A program made the translations under genes and the position numbers. From Desulfobulbales bacterium (GTDB lineage: Bacteria > Desulfobacterota > Desulfobulbia > Desulfobulbales > BM004), in the NCBI GenBank assembly GCA_041599275.1, contig JBFHWX010000002.1:1-62597 (forward strand): a DNA stretch of 62,597 nt. Direction: 5' to 3'. The notes below the pieces were generated by a model, which was given only the letters and a program-made list of their open reading frames with translations, made no database searches and was not told where the DNA came from. This document shows, one piece after another, positions 1 through 11,652 of the stretch; position 1 is the stretch's first letter; the number at the start of each line of letters is the position of its first letter.

Positions 1-442
1 AGGTGAGGGTCGATTCCGCCAGGTTCCAGGCCAGGTCGTAGACCGCCGGTACCGGCACCGCCTTCTTCATCAGCATCAGGCGGACGTTTTCCTTGATCTC
101 CATGCGATGGCCGCGACTGAGGCGCGGCAGCTCGCGCTCGAGCTTCACCCGCTCCTCTTCCTTGGCGGTCATTTTTTTCAAAACAGCCGACGAGATCTTA
201 CGCTCGTCCACCCGCAGGGTGAGAACGATGAAGTCGCCGGCCTGGTGGGAGGCGTAGCGGAAACTCGAGTCGAACATGTTGCTCACCGAGACCCAGCCCA
301 CCGAGTACTCGTCGAAGGTGTCGTCGATGTCGCGGAAGGAAAAGGACGCCACCCGTTCGGCAACGAAGTTCATAAAATTTTCGGGCAGCTCGCCCTCGAC
401 CCTGTAGCGCACGAAGCTGGCGGAGCCGGTCAGAAAACCCAT
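1..442 (-). CDS. rdgC: recombination-associated protein RdgC, N-terminal part (C-terminus lies beyond the window start)
   Basis: My own reverse-strand translation from the ATG at 442 gives MGFLTGSASFVRYRVEGELPENFMNFVAERVASFSFRDIDDTFDEYSVGWVSVSNMF... and stays open to the window edge. The N-terminal pattern is typical of the RdgC family. It is absent from the ORF track because there is no stop in the window. Confidence 0.6.
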   Translation of the reverse strand, partial: MGFLTGSASFVRYRVEGELPENFMNFVAERVASFSFRDIDDTFDEYSVGWVSVSNMFDSSFRYASHQAGDFIVLTLRVDERKISSAVLKKMTAKEEERVKLERELPRLSRGHRMEIKENVRLMLMKKAVPVPAVYDLAWNLAESTLT

Positions 443-629
443 GGTCGACCTCTTGGGAAAGAACGAAAGAACGGCCGGGCCGCAGGTGGCGCCCGGCACT
501 GTCAGCGGAAAAAAGTACTATTTAGCAGACAACGGGGACGGTCACAAGGGATTTCCGGAAAGCGGCCGGCGGCCCGCAGCCCGTCCCGCCGCCAGGGCGG
601 CCGGACGCCAACTTTGTTTTTCAAAAATA

Positions 630-658
630 TTGACGCGCCCGCTTTAATATACTATAAA
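630..658 (+). promoter_or_regulatory. sigma70-type promoter for tRNA-Asn
   Basis: TTGACG (630-635), a 17-nt spacer, then TATAAA (653-658). An A/T tract lies upstream, and the site is about 18 nt upstream of the tRNA 5' end. Confidence 0.5.
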
Positions 659-675
659 CCCCCGCATCCCATTGA

Positions 676-751
676 TCCCGGGTAGCTCAGCAGGTAGAGC
701 AGGTGGCTGTTAACCACCTTGTCGGGGGTTCGAGTCCCTCCCCGGGAGCCA
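676..751 (+). tRNA. tRNA-Asn (anticodon GTT)
   Basis: I folded the cloverleaf by hand. Acceptor TCCCGGG/CCCGGGA; D-arm GCTC..GAGC; anticodon loop CTGTTAA (GTT at 709-711); T-arm GGGGG-TTCGAGT-CCCTC; encoded CCA at 749-751. Confidence 0.95.
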
Positions 752-762
752 GAAACCAGAAA

Positions 763-793
763 GGCCCGATCGGCAACGGTCGGGCCTTTTTTT
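763..793 (+). terminator. intrinsic terminator after tRNA-Asn
   Basis: A 10-bp stem (GGCCCGATCG / CGGTCGGGCC, one G-U pair) with a GCAA tetraloop, followed by T7 (787-793). Confidence 0.8.
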
Positions 794-1213
794 GTCCACC
801 CGGCTCGATGCCCTTTCTCCTCAAACCTGTCAAGTCCTCTCCCTCAGCCCTCTTCACCTACCAGCCTCCGGCGAGAAGGCCGTAGGCGTCTCTATTCGTT
901 AATCATTAAATCCTTTACGGTCACCCAGAGCCAGAATTCCATGCAACCGGACGCATGGGCACCAGGGCAGGGGCGGACCCCGCCGGCCCTGGCGGCTCAT
1001 CATGCTTCTCCACGGGTGAAGGGCGGGCTGGCCTGTGGCGAAGGGAGTTCTCCTCCGAATCTTGACGGCGGGAAACGCTTGCCCTTGCCTTGCGGCTCCG
1101 TGTCTGTTAGTTCAGAAGTCTGGATGTTCTCGGGTGCCGCCGCGCTTTCCGGGGCGGTCGGTCGGTTCTTCCCAATTTTTCGGGAGGCATGGAAAAACAA
1201 AAGGAGGATTCCC

Positions 1214-1945
1214 ATGGTCAGAATACTGGTTCTTGCGGCGGTTCTTCTGGTAGTGGCGGGTACGGCCCGGGCCGGGCTTTTCGATACCTTCAACAGAGTG
1301 CTGGAGTCGGGTGGTTCGCTGCCGGCGCCGGCGGCGTCGCAGCTCTCCGACGGTGAGGTGGGCGAGGGGCTGGTAGAAGCGCTTCGCATCGGCTCCGAGC
1401 GGGCGGTGGCCTCGGGCTCGCAGGCGGGCGGCTTCTGGAACAACGAGCTTATCCGTATCGTCATGCCGGGGCCGCTCAAGAGCGCCGGCGATCTCTTGCG
1501 CCGGCTCGGCATGGGAGCTCCGGTGGACGCTTTCGAACAAAGCATGAACCAGGCGGCGGAGCGGGCTTCGGCCGAGTCGCTGCCGGTCCTGAAGCAGGCG
1601 ATCGCCGAGCTTACTTTCGACGACGTGCGCCGCATCTGGCAGGGCGGTGACACCGCGGCCACCGACTATTTCCGCGCGAAGACCCGCGAGCCGCTGGCGG
1701 TGCGCTACAAGCCCATCGTCCACGGCGCCATGGAAGAGGTGGGGGTGACCCGCTCCTACCAGGAGATGATGAGCAAGCCGGCGGTGGCGCCGCTCGCCAT
1801 GGGCACTTCCGTCGACCTCGACCAGTACGTCACCGAAAAGGCCCTCGACGGCCTCTACACCCTCCTGGGCGAGGAAGAGAAAAAGATCCGCACCAACCCG
1901 GTGGCCCGCTCCACCGAGATTCTGCAGAAGGTGTTCGGCCGCTAG
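1214..1945 (+). CDS. DUF4197 domain-containing exported protein
   Basis: Lies within ORF 719..1945. I moved the start to the ATG at 1214, which follows AGGAGG. Signal peptide MVRILVLAAVLLVVAGTARA. The rest of the sequence resembles the DUF4197 family (recognition by memory). Confidence 0.75.
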   Translation: MVRILVLAAVLLVVAGTARAGLFDTFNRVLESGGSLPAPAASQLSDGEVGEGLVEALRIGSERAVASGSQAGGFWNNELIRIVMPGPLKSAGDLLRRLGMGAPVDAFEQSMNQAAERASAESLPVLKQAIAELTFDDVRRIWQGGDTAATDYFRAKTREPLAVRYKPIVHGAMEEVGVTRSYQEMMSKPAVAPLAMGTSVDLDQYVTEKALDGLYTLLGEEEKKIRTNPVARSTEILQKVFGR

Positions 1946-1984
1946 CCAAGCAGAACCTGTCTCCCTGCCCCGCCTGCGCGGGAT

Positions 1985-2025
1985 AAAAAAGGCCGCTGCC
2001 GGATCATGCCGGCAGCGGCCTTTTT
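1985..2025. terminator. bidirectional intrinsic terminator between the DUF4197 gene and typA
   Basis: A 12-bp GC stem (GGCCGCTGCCGG / CCGGCAGCGGCC) flanked by A6 upstream and T5 downstream, between convergent genes. Confidence 0.8.
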
Positions 2026-2060
2026 GCGCTGGAGAGTCTGCTCGGGCCGGGTGCCCGGTA

Positions 2061-3848
<1,788 letters not shown>

Positions 3849-4067
3849 ACTTCCTTCGGGGCTCTTGAAAAAATTCAAAAAAAATCGCAAGCCGTGCGCG
3901 CGTACGGTCCGCGGCAGGCGGCTTGCGTTGTGTGGTGGCGGGGCGATGGCTTCCGGTGAAGCCGGAAAAAAGAAGCAACTATACGGAAAACCGCGGCGAA
4001 AGGCAAGGGAAAGATGCAGGTGACGGGGCAGGGGGTGTCGATCTGTCAGACCTGCCGGACAGTTCCT

Positions 4068-7000
4068 CTAGCCGGCCAGGGCCTGCAGCACGTCGTTTAT
4101 GTGGGCGAGCAGCGCCGCCGGCGAGGCGAGGGAAGCCGCCGGCAGGGTGACGATGAGCCGGGAGTCGGGGGTGAAGCGGATAGTTTGCTTGGCCTTCGAC
4201 ATCAGAGCCAGAATCCGGGCCGGGTCCACCGTGGTTTTTTCGTGGAAGGAGAAGACCAGTGCCTCGCGGCCCTTTTCGAGTTTGGTGATTCTGAGTTTTT
4301 TCAGTTCGAGCTTGAGCTCCATGACCTCGAAGAGGTTCTCGGTCTCGGCCGGCAGGGCGCCGTAGCGGTCGACGAATTCTTCCTTGAGATCGGCCAGTTC
4401 CTCGGGCCGGTCGAGGCCGGCAAGCCTGCGGTAGGCGATGTAGCGCTGGTCGGTGTCGGCCATGTAGCGTTCGGGGATGAAGGCGGAGAGCTGCAGGTTG
4501 AGCTCGGGCTCGATGTCAACCGTCTCCTCGCCCGCCGCCGCGGCCCTTCGTTTGAGATCGAGCACGGTGCGCTGCAGGAGATCGAGGTAGAGATCGTAGC
4601 CCACCGCCGCGATGTGGCCGCTCTGGGAAACGCCCAGGATATTGCCGCCGCCGCGGATCTGCAGGTCGCTCATGGCGAGCTTGAAGCCGCCGCCCAGCTC
4701 CTGGTTGTCCATCAGCGCCCGGAGCCGGTTGCGGGCGTCCTTGGAGAGATTGTCAAGCGACGGCACCAGCAGATAGGCGTAGCTCTGCTCCTGGCCGCGC
4801 CCCACCCGGCCGCGCAGCTGGTAGATCTCGGCGAGACCCATGCGGTCGGCCCGGTTGATCACGATGGTGTTGGCGTTGGGGATGTCGAGGCCGCTCTCGA
4901 TGATGGTGGTACACACCAGCACGTCGATCTTGCGGTTGACGAAGTGGACCATGATCTCCTCGAGGTCCTTGGGGGCCATCTGGCCGTGGGCCACCGACAC
5001 CCGGGCCGAGGGCACCAGCGTTTCGACCCGGGCCGCCATCTCGTGGATGCTGCGCACCCGGTTGTGGACCAGGAAGACCTGGCCGCCGCGCTGCAGCTCG
5101 CGTTGTACCGCTTCCTTGATTACCAGGTCGTCGTAGCGGGCCACGAAGGTCTTGATCGGCCGCCGCTGCTCGGGCGGCGTGCTGATCACCGAGAGGTCGC
5201 GGATGCCGAGCAGGGAAAGCTGCAGGGTGCGGGGAATCGGCGTCGCGGTGAGGGTGAGCACGTCCACCTCTGCCTTCAGGCGCTTTATCCGCTCCTTGTG
5301 GGAGACCCCGAACCGGTGCTCCTCGTCGATGATCAGCAGCCCCAGGCGGCGGAAGGAGACGTCCTTCGAGAGCAGGCGGTGGGTGCCGATGACGATGTCC
5401 ACCTGGCCCTCTTTCAGCTTTTTGGCGATCTCCTTCTGCTCGGCGGTGGTGCGAAAGCGGCTCATGGACTCCACCCGCACCGGGAAACCCTGCAGCCGTT
5501 CGCGGAAGGTCTCGGCGTGCTGCTCGGCCAGCACCGTGGTGGGCACCAGTATCGCCGCCTGGAAACCGTCCTCCACCACCTTGAAGGCGGCGCGGATCGC
5601 CACCTCGGTCTTGCCGTAGCCCACGTCGCCGCAGACCAGCCGGTCCATGGGCCGGTCGACGGTGAGATCGTCGAGCACGTCGGTGATCGCCTTCAGCTGG
5701 CCCGGGGTCTCGTCGTAGGCAAAGGATTCCTCCAGTTCCCGGAAGAGGTCGGTGGGGCGGGAGAAGGCGGTACCTTCCCTGAGCTCGCGGCGGGCGTAAA
5801 GGTCGAGCAGATCCTGGGCCACCTGCCAGACCGCTTCCTGCACCTTCTGTTTGGCCGTGGTCCACTGCTTGCCGCCGAGCTTGTCGAGCTTCGGCTCTTT
5901 GTCGGAGAGCCCCTGGTACTTGCCGATCAGGTTTATGCGGTCGACCGGCAGGTAGAGCCGGTCTCCGTCCCTGTAGCTGAGTTGCAGAAAGTCGTTCAGG
6001 GTGCCGTAGAGCTCGAGGTTGGCGATGCCCTCGTAGATGCCGAGGCCGTGGTCGCGGTGCACCACCACGTCGCCCACCCGCAGTTCCTCGAAGGAGACCG
6101 TCTCGCCCCGCCGCTCGTGGCGCCGGCCGCGGCTGCGGCGGCCGGCGCCGATGCGGTAGCGGCCGAAGAGTTGGCTTTCGGAAAGAAGGTGGAGCGCGCC
6201 GCCGGCGGAGTCGAGCACCAGGTCGAAGCCCTCGGAGAGCGGCTGGTCGAAGAGGTGCAGGGTGGAGGCGGCGAGGTCCTGGCGGACGGCGAGGGGCTTC
6301 AACGTGTCGTTGTGCAGCTCGGCGGCCACCTGGTGGTGGGAAAAAAGCTCGGCCAGATGCATGGCGTGGCGCTGGGTCCGGCAGGCAACCGCCACCGTGT
6401 CGCCGGCCTCCTGCCAGGAGCGGACTTTTTCGGCCAGCGGGGCAAGGAGCCCCTCGCGGCCGTGGCCGAGGCCGAGCTCCTGCTTCAATAACAGGTGGTT
6501 GCCGGCCCTGAGGGCGAAGCTCTTGCCGTTTGCTCCGTCCTCCAGGGCGAATTCCTCGAACTCGCGGCAGCTGACCGTCTGGAAGGGAGCGAGGGCCCGC
6601 TCCAGGTCCTGCCGGGTGCAGAAGATCTCCTCCGGCGGCAGGGCAACGGTGCCGGCGGCCAGGGCTTCCTCGTAGTTGGCCAGGATCCGCTCCCAGGTCT
6701 GCCTGCCTTCCCGGCCGTTGGCGTGGTAATCGGTATGCACCACGAGGGTTTCCGGGTGCAGGTAGTCGGTGAGAAGCGACGGCTCTCGGTAGAAGAGGGG
6801 CAGCAGGAACTCGATGCCGGGAAAGCGGCTGCCGGTGGCGAGCTTTTCCTCGATCTGGTAGGCGGCTCCGGGCTCCCAGTCGAGCTTTTCGGCAAGCCGC
6901 CGGAAGCGGCCGAGCATCTCGGCGGCCGCGGTGGAGCCGGGTTCGGGAAAGAGCACGGTGCTGGCCGGCAGAAAGACCGCTTCCGGAAGCTGTTCCACCG

Positions 7001-7601
7001 AGCGCTGGGAAATCGGGTCGAAGAGGCGGATCGATTCCACCGTGTCGCCGAAGAAATCGAGGCGCACCGGCATGGCGAAACCGGGCGGGAAGAGATCGAC
7101 GATGCCGCCCCGCACGCAGAGGTCGCCGACGCTCTGGACCAGGGAGACGTGCTCGTAGCCCATGGCGGTGAGGCGCTCGGCGAGAAGGCCGGGGTCGGTC
7201 TCCTCGCCGGCCATCACCAGTTCGGCGAGCGAAGTGAGCACCGTACGTGGCAGCACCCGGCGCAGCAGGGCCTCCACCGAGGCGACGGTGACCAGCGGCT
7301 GGCCGGCGGTGACGATTGTCGAGAGGGTGGCGATGCGGGCCGCCACCGTGGCCGGGTCCGGGGAAAGGGGTGTGTAGGGCGGGATGTCGAAGGCCGGGTA
7401 GCGGACGATGTCGAGGCCGGAGAAGAGCGACAGATCCTGCTCCAGGGTCTGGGCGCTGGCCTCGGTGGGGCAGATCAGCAGGCAGGGGCGGCGGCGGGCC
7501 TCGGCTGCGGCGGCGCAGAAAAAGGCCACGCCTCCACCCCGCAGGCCGGAGACGGAAAAATTCTCCCGGCCGGCCCGCAGGTGGGCGATACATTCGAACA
7601 T
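4068..7601 (-). CDS. mfd: transcription-repair coupling factor Mfd
   Basis: 1177-aa ORF. Helicase motifs GDVGYGKTEVA and LLIIDEEHRFG, and a size and layout typical of Mfd/TRCF. Confidence 0.95.
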   Translation of the reverse strand: MFECIAHLRAGRENFSVSGLRGGGVAFFCAAAAEARRRPCLLICPTEASAQTLEQDLSLFSGLDIVRYPAFDIPPYTPLSPDPATVAARIATLSTIVTAGQPLVTVASVEALLRRVLPRTVLTSLAELVMAGEETDPGLLAERLTAMGYEHVSLVQSVGDLCVRGGIVDLFPPGFAMPVRLDFFGDTVESIRLFDPISQRSVEQLPEAVFLPASTVLFPEPGSTAAAEMLGRFRRLAEKLDWEPGAAYQIEEKLATGSRFPGIEFLLPLFYREPSLLTDYLHPETLVVHTDYHANGREGRQTWERILANYEEALAAGTVALPPEEIFCTRQDLERALAPFQTVSCREFEEFALEDGANGKSFALRAGNHLLLKQELGLGHGREGLLAPLAEKVRSWQEAGDTVAVACRTQRHAMHLAELFSHHQVAAELHNDTLKPLAVRQDLAASTLHLFDQPLSEGFDLVLDSAGGALHLLSESQLFGRYRIGAGRRSRGRRHERRGETVSFEELRVGDVVVHRDHGLGIYEGIANLELYGTLNDFLQLSYRDGDRLYLPVDRINLIGKYQGLSDKEPKLDKLGGKQWTTAKQKVQEAVWQVAQDLLDLYARRELREGTAFSRPTDLFRELEESFAYDETPGQLKAITDVLDDLTVDRPMDRLVCGDVGYGKTEVAIRAAFKVVEDGFQAAILVPTTVLAEQHAETFRERLQGFPVRVESMSRFRTTAEQKEIAKKLKEGQVDIVIGTHRLLSKDVSFRRLGLLIIDEEHRFGVSHKERIKRLKAEVDVLTLTATPIPRTLQLSLLGIRDLSVISTPPEQRRPIKTFVARYDDLVIKEAVQRELQRGGQVFLVHNRVRSIHEMAARVETLVPSARVSVAHGQMAPKDLEEIMVHFVNRKIDVLVCTTIIESGLDIPNANTIVINRADRMGLAEIYQLRGRVGRGQEQSYAYLLVPSLDNLSKDARNRLRALMDNQELGGGFKLAMSDLQIRGGGNILGVSQSGHIAAVGYDLYLDLLQRTVLDLKRRAAAAGEETVDIEPELNLQLSAFIPERYMADTDQRYIAYRRLAGLDRPEELADLKEEFVDRYGALPAETENLFEVMELKLELKKLRITKLEKGREALVFSFHEKTTVDPARILALMSKAKQTIRFTPDSRLIVTLPAASLASPAALLAHINDVLQALAG

Positions 7602-7645
7602 TGGGATGGTGCTTGCGGGGCGGAGCAGCCGCCCCGCCCTTTAAA

Positions 7646-10381
7646 TCAGAAGGAGCCGCCGATGGAGAAGTCCCAGTTGCTCTGGTCCTCGTCGTCCACC
7701 GGGTCGAGGTTGTAGCCCCACTCGAGGCGCAGCGGGCCCATGGGCGAGAGCCAGCGGAAGCCCAGACCCACCGCCTTCTTGGTGGTGTCGACATCACCCC
7801 AGGTGCCGTCGTAGACGTTGCCGACGTCGAAGAAGACGAGGCCCTTGAGGCCCGCGTCCTTGACCAGCGGGAAGATCCACTCGTTGTTCACGTACCACAT
7901 GCGGTCGCCGCCGATGCGCTCGCCGGTGGCCGGGTCGATGGGGCTGATCTGGCCGGGCTTGAAGCCGCGGATGGTGCGCAGCCCGCCCAGGTAGTAGCGC
8001 TCGAAGACCGGCACGAAGGAATCGCTGAACACTTGGCCGGCGGAGAACTGCAGGGAATAAACCGTGTCCCAGAACAGGGGGAAGAACCAGTTGCTGGCGC
8101 CTTCCAGCCGGGTGAACTCGTTATCGCCGCCCAGAGGGCCGCCGGCGTATTTCACCGACACCTGGTTGAGCGAGCCCTTGGAGGGGTCGAAGGGATGGTT
8201 CAGGGTGTCGCGGGTGAGCGATACCGTGGCGTAGCTGGTGATCTTGATGTCCAGCGAATCGAGCAGGATCTGGGAGTGGGGCACCGTTGGGTCGACGTCC
8301 TTGACGTCGGTGTGGTCCCAGCCGTAGCCGAAGCCCAGCCGCCAGTTTTCGCGGATCGGGTAGCCGAAGCGCAGGCCGCCGCCGTAGGAATCCTTGGTGT
8401 AGTCGTCGTACTCGCGCTGCCAGTTGTAGGCATCGACGCCGAAGAGCAGCTTGGTGTCGAGCAGATAGGGCTCGGTGAAACCGAGGTTGAAACGGGTGGA
8501 GGAGGAGCTCATGTTGGCCGCCAGTGACAGCCGCTGGCCCTTGCCGAGGAAATTGTTCTGGCTGATCTCGCCCATGAACATGAAGCTGTCCACCGAAGAG
8601 TAGCCGGCCCCGAGGCTGAAGGTGCCGGTGGGCTTTTCCTTCACCGCCACGTGGATGTCCATCAGATCCTCTTCGCCGGTGGGCTCGGGGGTGATCTGAA
8701 CCTCCTCGAAGAAGTCGAGGCGCTGCAGCTTCTGGTGGCTCTGGCGGATGGCCTTGGAGTTGAAGATGCCACGCTCCTTGATTTCCATCTGCCGGCGGAT
8801 GACCTTGTCCCGGGTACGGGTGTTGCCGGTGATGAGGACGCGGTTGATGTGCACCAGGCTGTTTTTCTGGACCACGATATTGATGTCGACCTTCAACTCC
8901 TCGGGCCGCTTCTCGAGCATCGGGGTGGATTCGGCAAAGGCGTAACCGTGCTCGGCGTAGTAGTCGTTGAGACGCATGATGTCCTCGCGCAGGATCTTGC
9001 GGCTCAGGTACTCTTCGTCGCCCAGCTTGAGGATGCCGCGCAGGGTTTCCTGGTCGTCGATGAGATCGCCGGAGATGGTGATCTCTCCCACCCTGTAGCG
9101 CGGTCCTTCTTCGATGTTGAAGGTGATCAGCAGCCACTCGCCTTCCTGGCGCACCTCGGGCGCCCCCACCTTGGCCTCGATGAAGCCGTGGTGGTTGTAG
9201 AAGGCGGTGAGCCGGGCAACATCCTGCTCCAGCACGTCGCGCTTGAGGATGCCCGAGTCGGTGATCCAGGAGAGCAGCCCCTTTTCGCTGGTCTCGATGG
9301 TCTTGCTCAGTTCCTTGGCCTTGAAGGTCTGGTTGCCGGAAAAGATGATTTCCTTGATGTAGATCTTTTCGCCTTCCTCGATGGCGAAGGTGACGGTGAC
9401 CCGGTCCTTTTCAGGGGTGGAGATCCGGGAGGTGACCTTGGTGTCGTAGAAGCCCTTTTCCTTGTACAGGTTGTAGATGGTGGTTTCGGCTTCCTGGACT
9501 TTCTTGGGGTTGAGGATGGTGTTGGGGAAGATGGTGACCGCCTCGAGCACGGTTTCTTCCTTCAGCTCCTTGGCGCCCTCGATGTTTATCTGGCCGATCA
9601 CCGGTTTTTCCACCACCTCGATGGTGACGGCCTTACCCTTTTCGGTGTCCTGCACGTCGAGCCGGACGTCGTCGAAGTAGCCCATCCGGAAGACGTTTTT
9701 CAGGTCTTCCCGGAGCTTGGCGGGATCGTAACGGTCGCCGCTCTTGGTGGTCATGGCCCGCAGGATGGCGCCGGAGTCGATGCGTTTGTTGCCCTTGGGG
9801 GCGATGTCGGCGATCAAAATATGGCGGCCGGCCAAGGCGACGATTTCCTTGACGATGCGGCTGAAGGCCTGGCCGAGGGCGTCGGCGTCGGCCACTTCCT
9901 GGTAATAGAAGTAGGCGGGCTTGGCGGGAGAGAGCAGGTCGTAGACCTTCATGTCGATGCTCAAGGTGGTGCCCAGCCGGCTCAGACTGCCGGCGGCCAG
10001 ATACGAGTACCCGGCGTCTTCAAAGGATTTGAGGGCGTCGGCGGCCGGCGGCCAGGCTGCCTGGTAGTCAAGGGCCTGCTCGGCATCCGCCCGGCTCGCC
10101 CGCCGGAAGAGCTCGGCGGCCGCAGCGTTGGCGGCCAGGGCATTGTCGAGCTCGGCGTCGGCGGCGGAGGCCAGGGCTGCCGCCTCGGTGGCGGCATTGA
10201 CCTTCACCGGCAGGAAGAGGGTGTTGGGCTGGGCGGCGAGGCTGGTGCCGGTCAGAGCCAGAAGCAGCAAGCCAAAGAGCACCAGGGCGCCGGCGCAGAT
10301 TCTGGTGAGCGCCATGGGGGCGGGCGATGAAGACAGGGGTGCCGTGCAGGATGAGTGGGCTGGGCGACGAGGATTTTTCAT
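7646..10381 (-). CDS. bamA: outer membrane protein assembly factor BamA
   Basis: 911-aa ORF with a signal/TM segment, repeated POTRA-like units, and a C-terminal beta-barrel ending ...WDFSIGGSF. The start is uncertain (10381, or the ATG at 10315). Confidence 0.9.
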   Translation of the reverse strand: MKNPRRPAHSSCTAPLSSSPAPMALTRICAGALVLFGLLLLALTGTSLAAQPNTLFLPVKVNAATEAAALASAADAELDNALAANAAAAELFRRASRADAEQALDYQAAWPPAADALKSFEDAGYSYLAAGSLSRLGTTLSIDMKVYDLLSPAKPAYFYYQEVADADALGQAFSRIVKEIVALAGRHILIADIAPKGNKRIDSGAILRAMTTKSGDRYDPAKLREDLKNVFRMGYFDDVRLDVQDTEKGKAVTIEVVEKPVIGQINIEGAKELKEETVLEAVTIFPNTILNPKKVQEAETTIYNLYKEKGFYDTKVTSRISTPEKDRVTVTFAIEEGEKIYIKEIIFSGNQTFKAKELSKTIETSEKGLLSWITDSGILKRDVLEQDVARLTAFYNHHGFIEAKVGAPEVRQEGEWLLITFNIEEGPRYRVGEITISGDLIDDQETLRGILKLGDEEYLSRKILREDIMRLNDYYAEHGYAFAESTPMLEKRPEELKVDINIVVQKNSLVHINRVLITGNTRTRDKVIRRQMEIKERGIFNSKAIRQSHQKLQRLDFFEEVQITPEPTGEEDLMDIHVAVKEKPTGTFSLGAGYSSVDSFMFMGEISQNNFLGKGQRLSLAANMSSSSTRFNLGFTEPYLLDTKLLFGVDAYNWQREYDDYTKDSYGGGLRFGYPIRENWRLGFGYGWDHTDVKDVDPTVPHSQILLDSLDIKITSYATVSLTRDTLNHPFDPSKGSLNQVSVKYAGGPLGGDNEFTRLEGASNWFFPLFWDTVYSLQFSAGQVFSDSFVPVFERYYLGGLRTIRGFKPGQISPIDPATGERIGGDRMWYVNNEWIFPLVKDAGLKGLVFFDVGNVYDGTWGDVDTTKKAVGLGFRWLSPMGPLRLEWGYNLDPVDDEDQSNWDFSIGGSF

Positions 10382-10780
10382 GAACTCTGTCCGTTAGAGG
10401 GAATTGGCGGCAGCTTTTCGGCGAACGGTACGGGCACCGGGGGTGCATGGGGTACGGGGGGAGGGGCAGCCCCGGGCCGGGAGCCCGGATCCGGTCTCGC
10501 CCAGGGGCATGACCGGCAGGAAAATCAAAAAAATACTGCCGCTCCGACTGTAGTGTTGTATATGGTGCGATGGTTGTTGTCAATATCAGGCAACGGCTGT
10601 GCTGTCAAGGATCTTGTTGCCGGATGGACTCCGGGAGCCTGGCCGGCGGGGCGGCTTAGGAAGGTGCCGGAAGTGAGCGGGCGGCCGGGCGAGGCCCGTT
10701 TCGCCAACGGTTGCCTGGCCTTACCCGTTGAGTTTCGGTTTTGCCCCTGCAGGGTCTGGAGCTTTTTCAGGACTTCATTC

Positions 10781-11551
10781 ATGATTGCTGTCGAAACCAG
10801 AAATCTCACCGTCAAGCTGGGCGAGAACACGCCGCTCGATGAGGTGAGTTGCCAGATCCACCACGGCGAGTTCGTGGCGGTGCTCGGTCCCAACGGCGCC
10901 GGCAAATCGGTGTTCCTGAAGACCGTACTCGGCCTTTTCGAGCCCGCCGCCGGCGAAGTGCTGGTCTACGGCAAGCCGCCCGGCCGGGTCGAGCCCAGTT
11001 CCCTGGGCTATGTGCCGCAACTCAAAACCTTCGACCGTTCTTTTCCGGCCCTGGCCGAGGAGTTGGTGGCCACCGGCCTGCATCTTACCTGGCGCTCGCG
11101 GCTTTCGGCCGGCGACCGCCAGCTGGTGCGGGCCTCCCTCGAGACGGTGGGGGCCGCCCATCTGGCGTCCCGCTCCCTGGGCGGATTGTCCGGCGGCGAG
11201 CTGCAACGGGTCTACCTGGCCCGGGCCCTGATCCGCAAGCCCCGGCTGGTCCTGCTCGACGAGCCGGTGACCGGCATCGACTCGGTGGGCGAGAGCGATT
11301 TTTATCGGGTTCTGGAGGCTTACCGCCAGGAGCACGGCGCCACCATCATCATGGTGACCCACGACTGGGAGATCGCCTCCCACTATGGCTGCCACGTGCT
11401 GGTCCTGAACCGGCGGGTCATCTCCTTCGGCTCTCCCGCCGAGGCCCTCTGCGAGGATTGTCTGAAGCGGGCCTACGGGGTGAGCCGCGGCGGGCCGCCG
11501 GTGATCGCCTCCTGCCCGCGACCGGAGCATGGTCACCGTTTCACCCGGTGA
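10781..11551 (+). CDS. znuC: metal (Zn/Mn-type) ABC transporter ATP-binding protein
   Basis: Lies within ORF 10355..11551, starting at the ATG at 10781 (MIAVETRNLTV...). Walker A GPNGAGKS, signature LSGGELQRV, Walker B LVLLDEP. It is paired with an ABC-3 permease. The symbol is tentative. Confidence 0.85.
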   Translation: MIAVETRNLTVKLGENTPLDEVSCQIHHGEFVAVLGPNGAGKSVFLKTVLGLFEPAAGEVLVYGKPPGRVEPSSLGYVPQLKTFDRSFPALAEELVATGLHLTWRSRLSAGDRQLVRASLETVGAAHLASRSLGGLSGGELQRVYLARALIRKPRLVLLDEPVTGIDSVGESDFYRVLEAYRQEHGATIIMVTHDWEIASHYGCHVLVLNRRVISFGSPAEALCEDCLKRAYGVSRGGPPVIASCPRPEHGHRFTR

Positions 11552-11652
11552 CGGGGCAGCCGGTGGAGGGGAGCGGACGAAGAACAAAACAGACCGGCAG
11601 CAGGCTTTGCCGCCGGCTCACGGTGTGACGAATTGACGGAGACAGAGAGATT

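Noticed and set aside
107-685. 192-aa + strand ORF spanning the rdgC 5' end, the tRNA-Asn promoter and the first bases of the tRNA.
   Set aside because: It is antisense to a well-supported RdgC N-terminus and runs into the tRNA gene. Its composition is typical of a GC artefact.
794-1213. A possible genomic-island remnant downstream of tRNA-Asn (about 420 nt without a gene).
   Set aside because: There is no integrase, no direct repeat of the tRNA 3' end and no compositional shift. It most likely holds only the promoter and leader of the DUF4197 gene.
4014-7797. Very long ORFs overlapping mfd on the opposite strand or in another frame (4014..6491 +, 825 aa; 4753..7797 -, 1014 aa). Similar antisense ORFs overlap these genes:
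- htpG (24302..26050);
- ispDF (42221..43816);
- HK2 (44454..46598);
- aspS (54767..56803);
- SulP (59420..61810);
- bamA (8651..10330);
- the OmpA gene (34389..36368);
- M48 (37338..39419).
   Set aside because: Their translations are low-complexity and rich in Arg, Gly, Ala and Pro, with no recognisable motifs. Each one fully overlaps a gene with clear family signatures. Long stop-free antisense frames are expected in GC-rich DNA.
10590-10700. An SRP (4.5S) RNA or 6S RNA in the bamA-znuC intergenic region, suggested by a CCGGAAG string.
   Set aside because: The conserved SRP domain IV sequence (GGUCCGGAAGGAAGCAGCC-like) is not present, and there is no long imperfect 6S-type hairpin.
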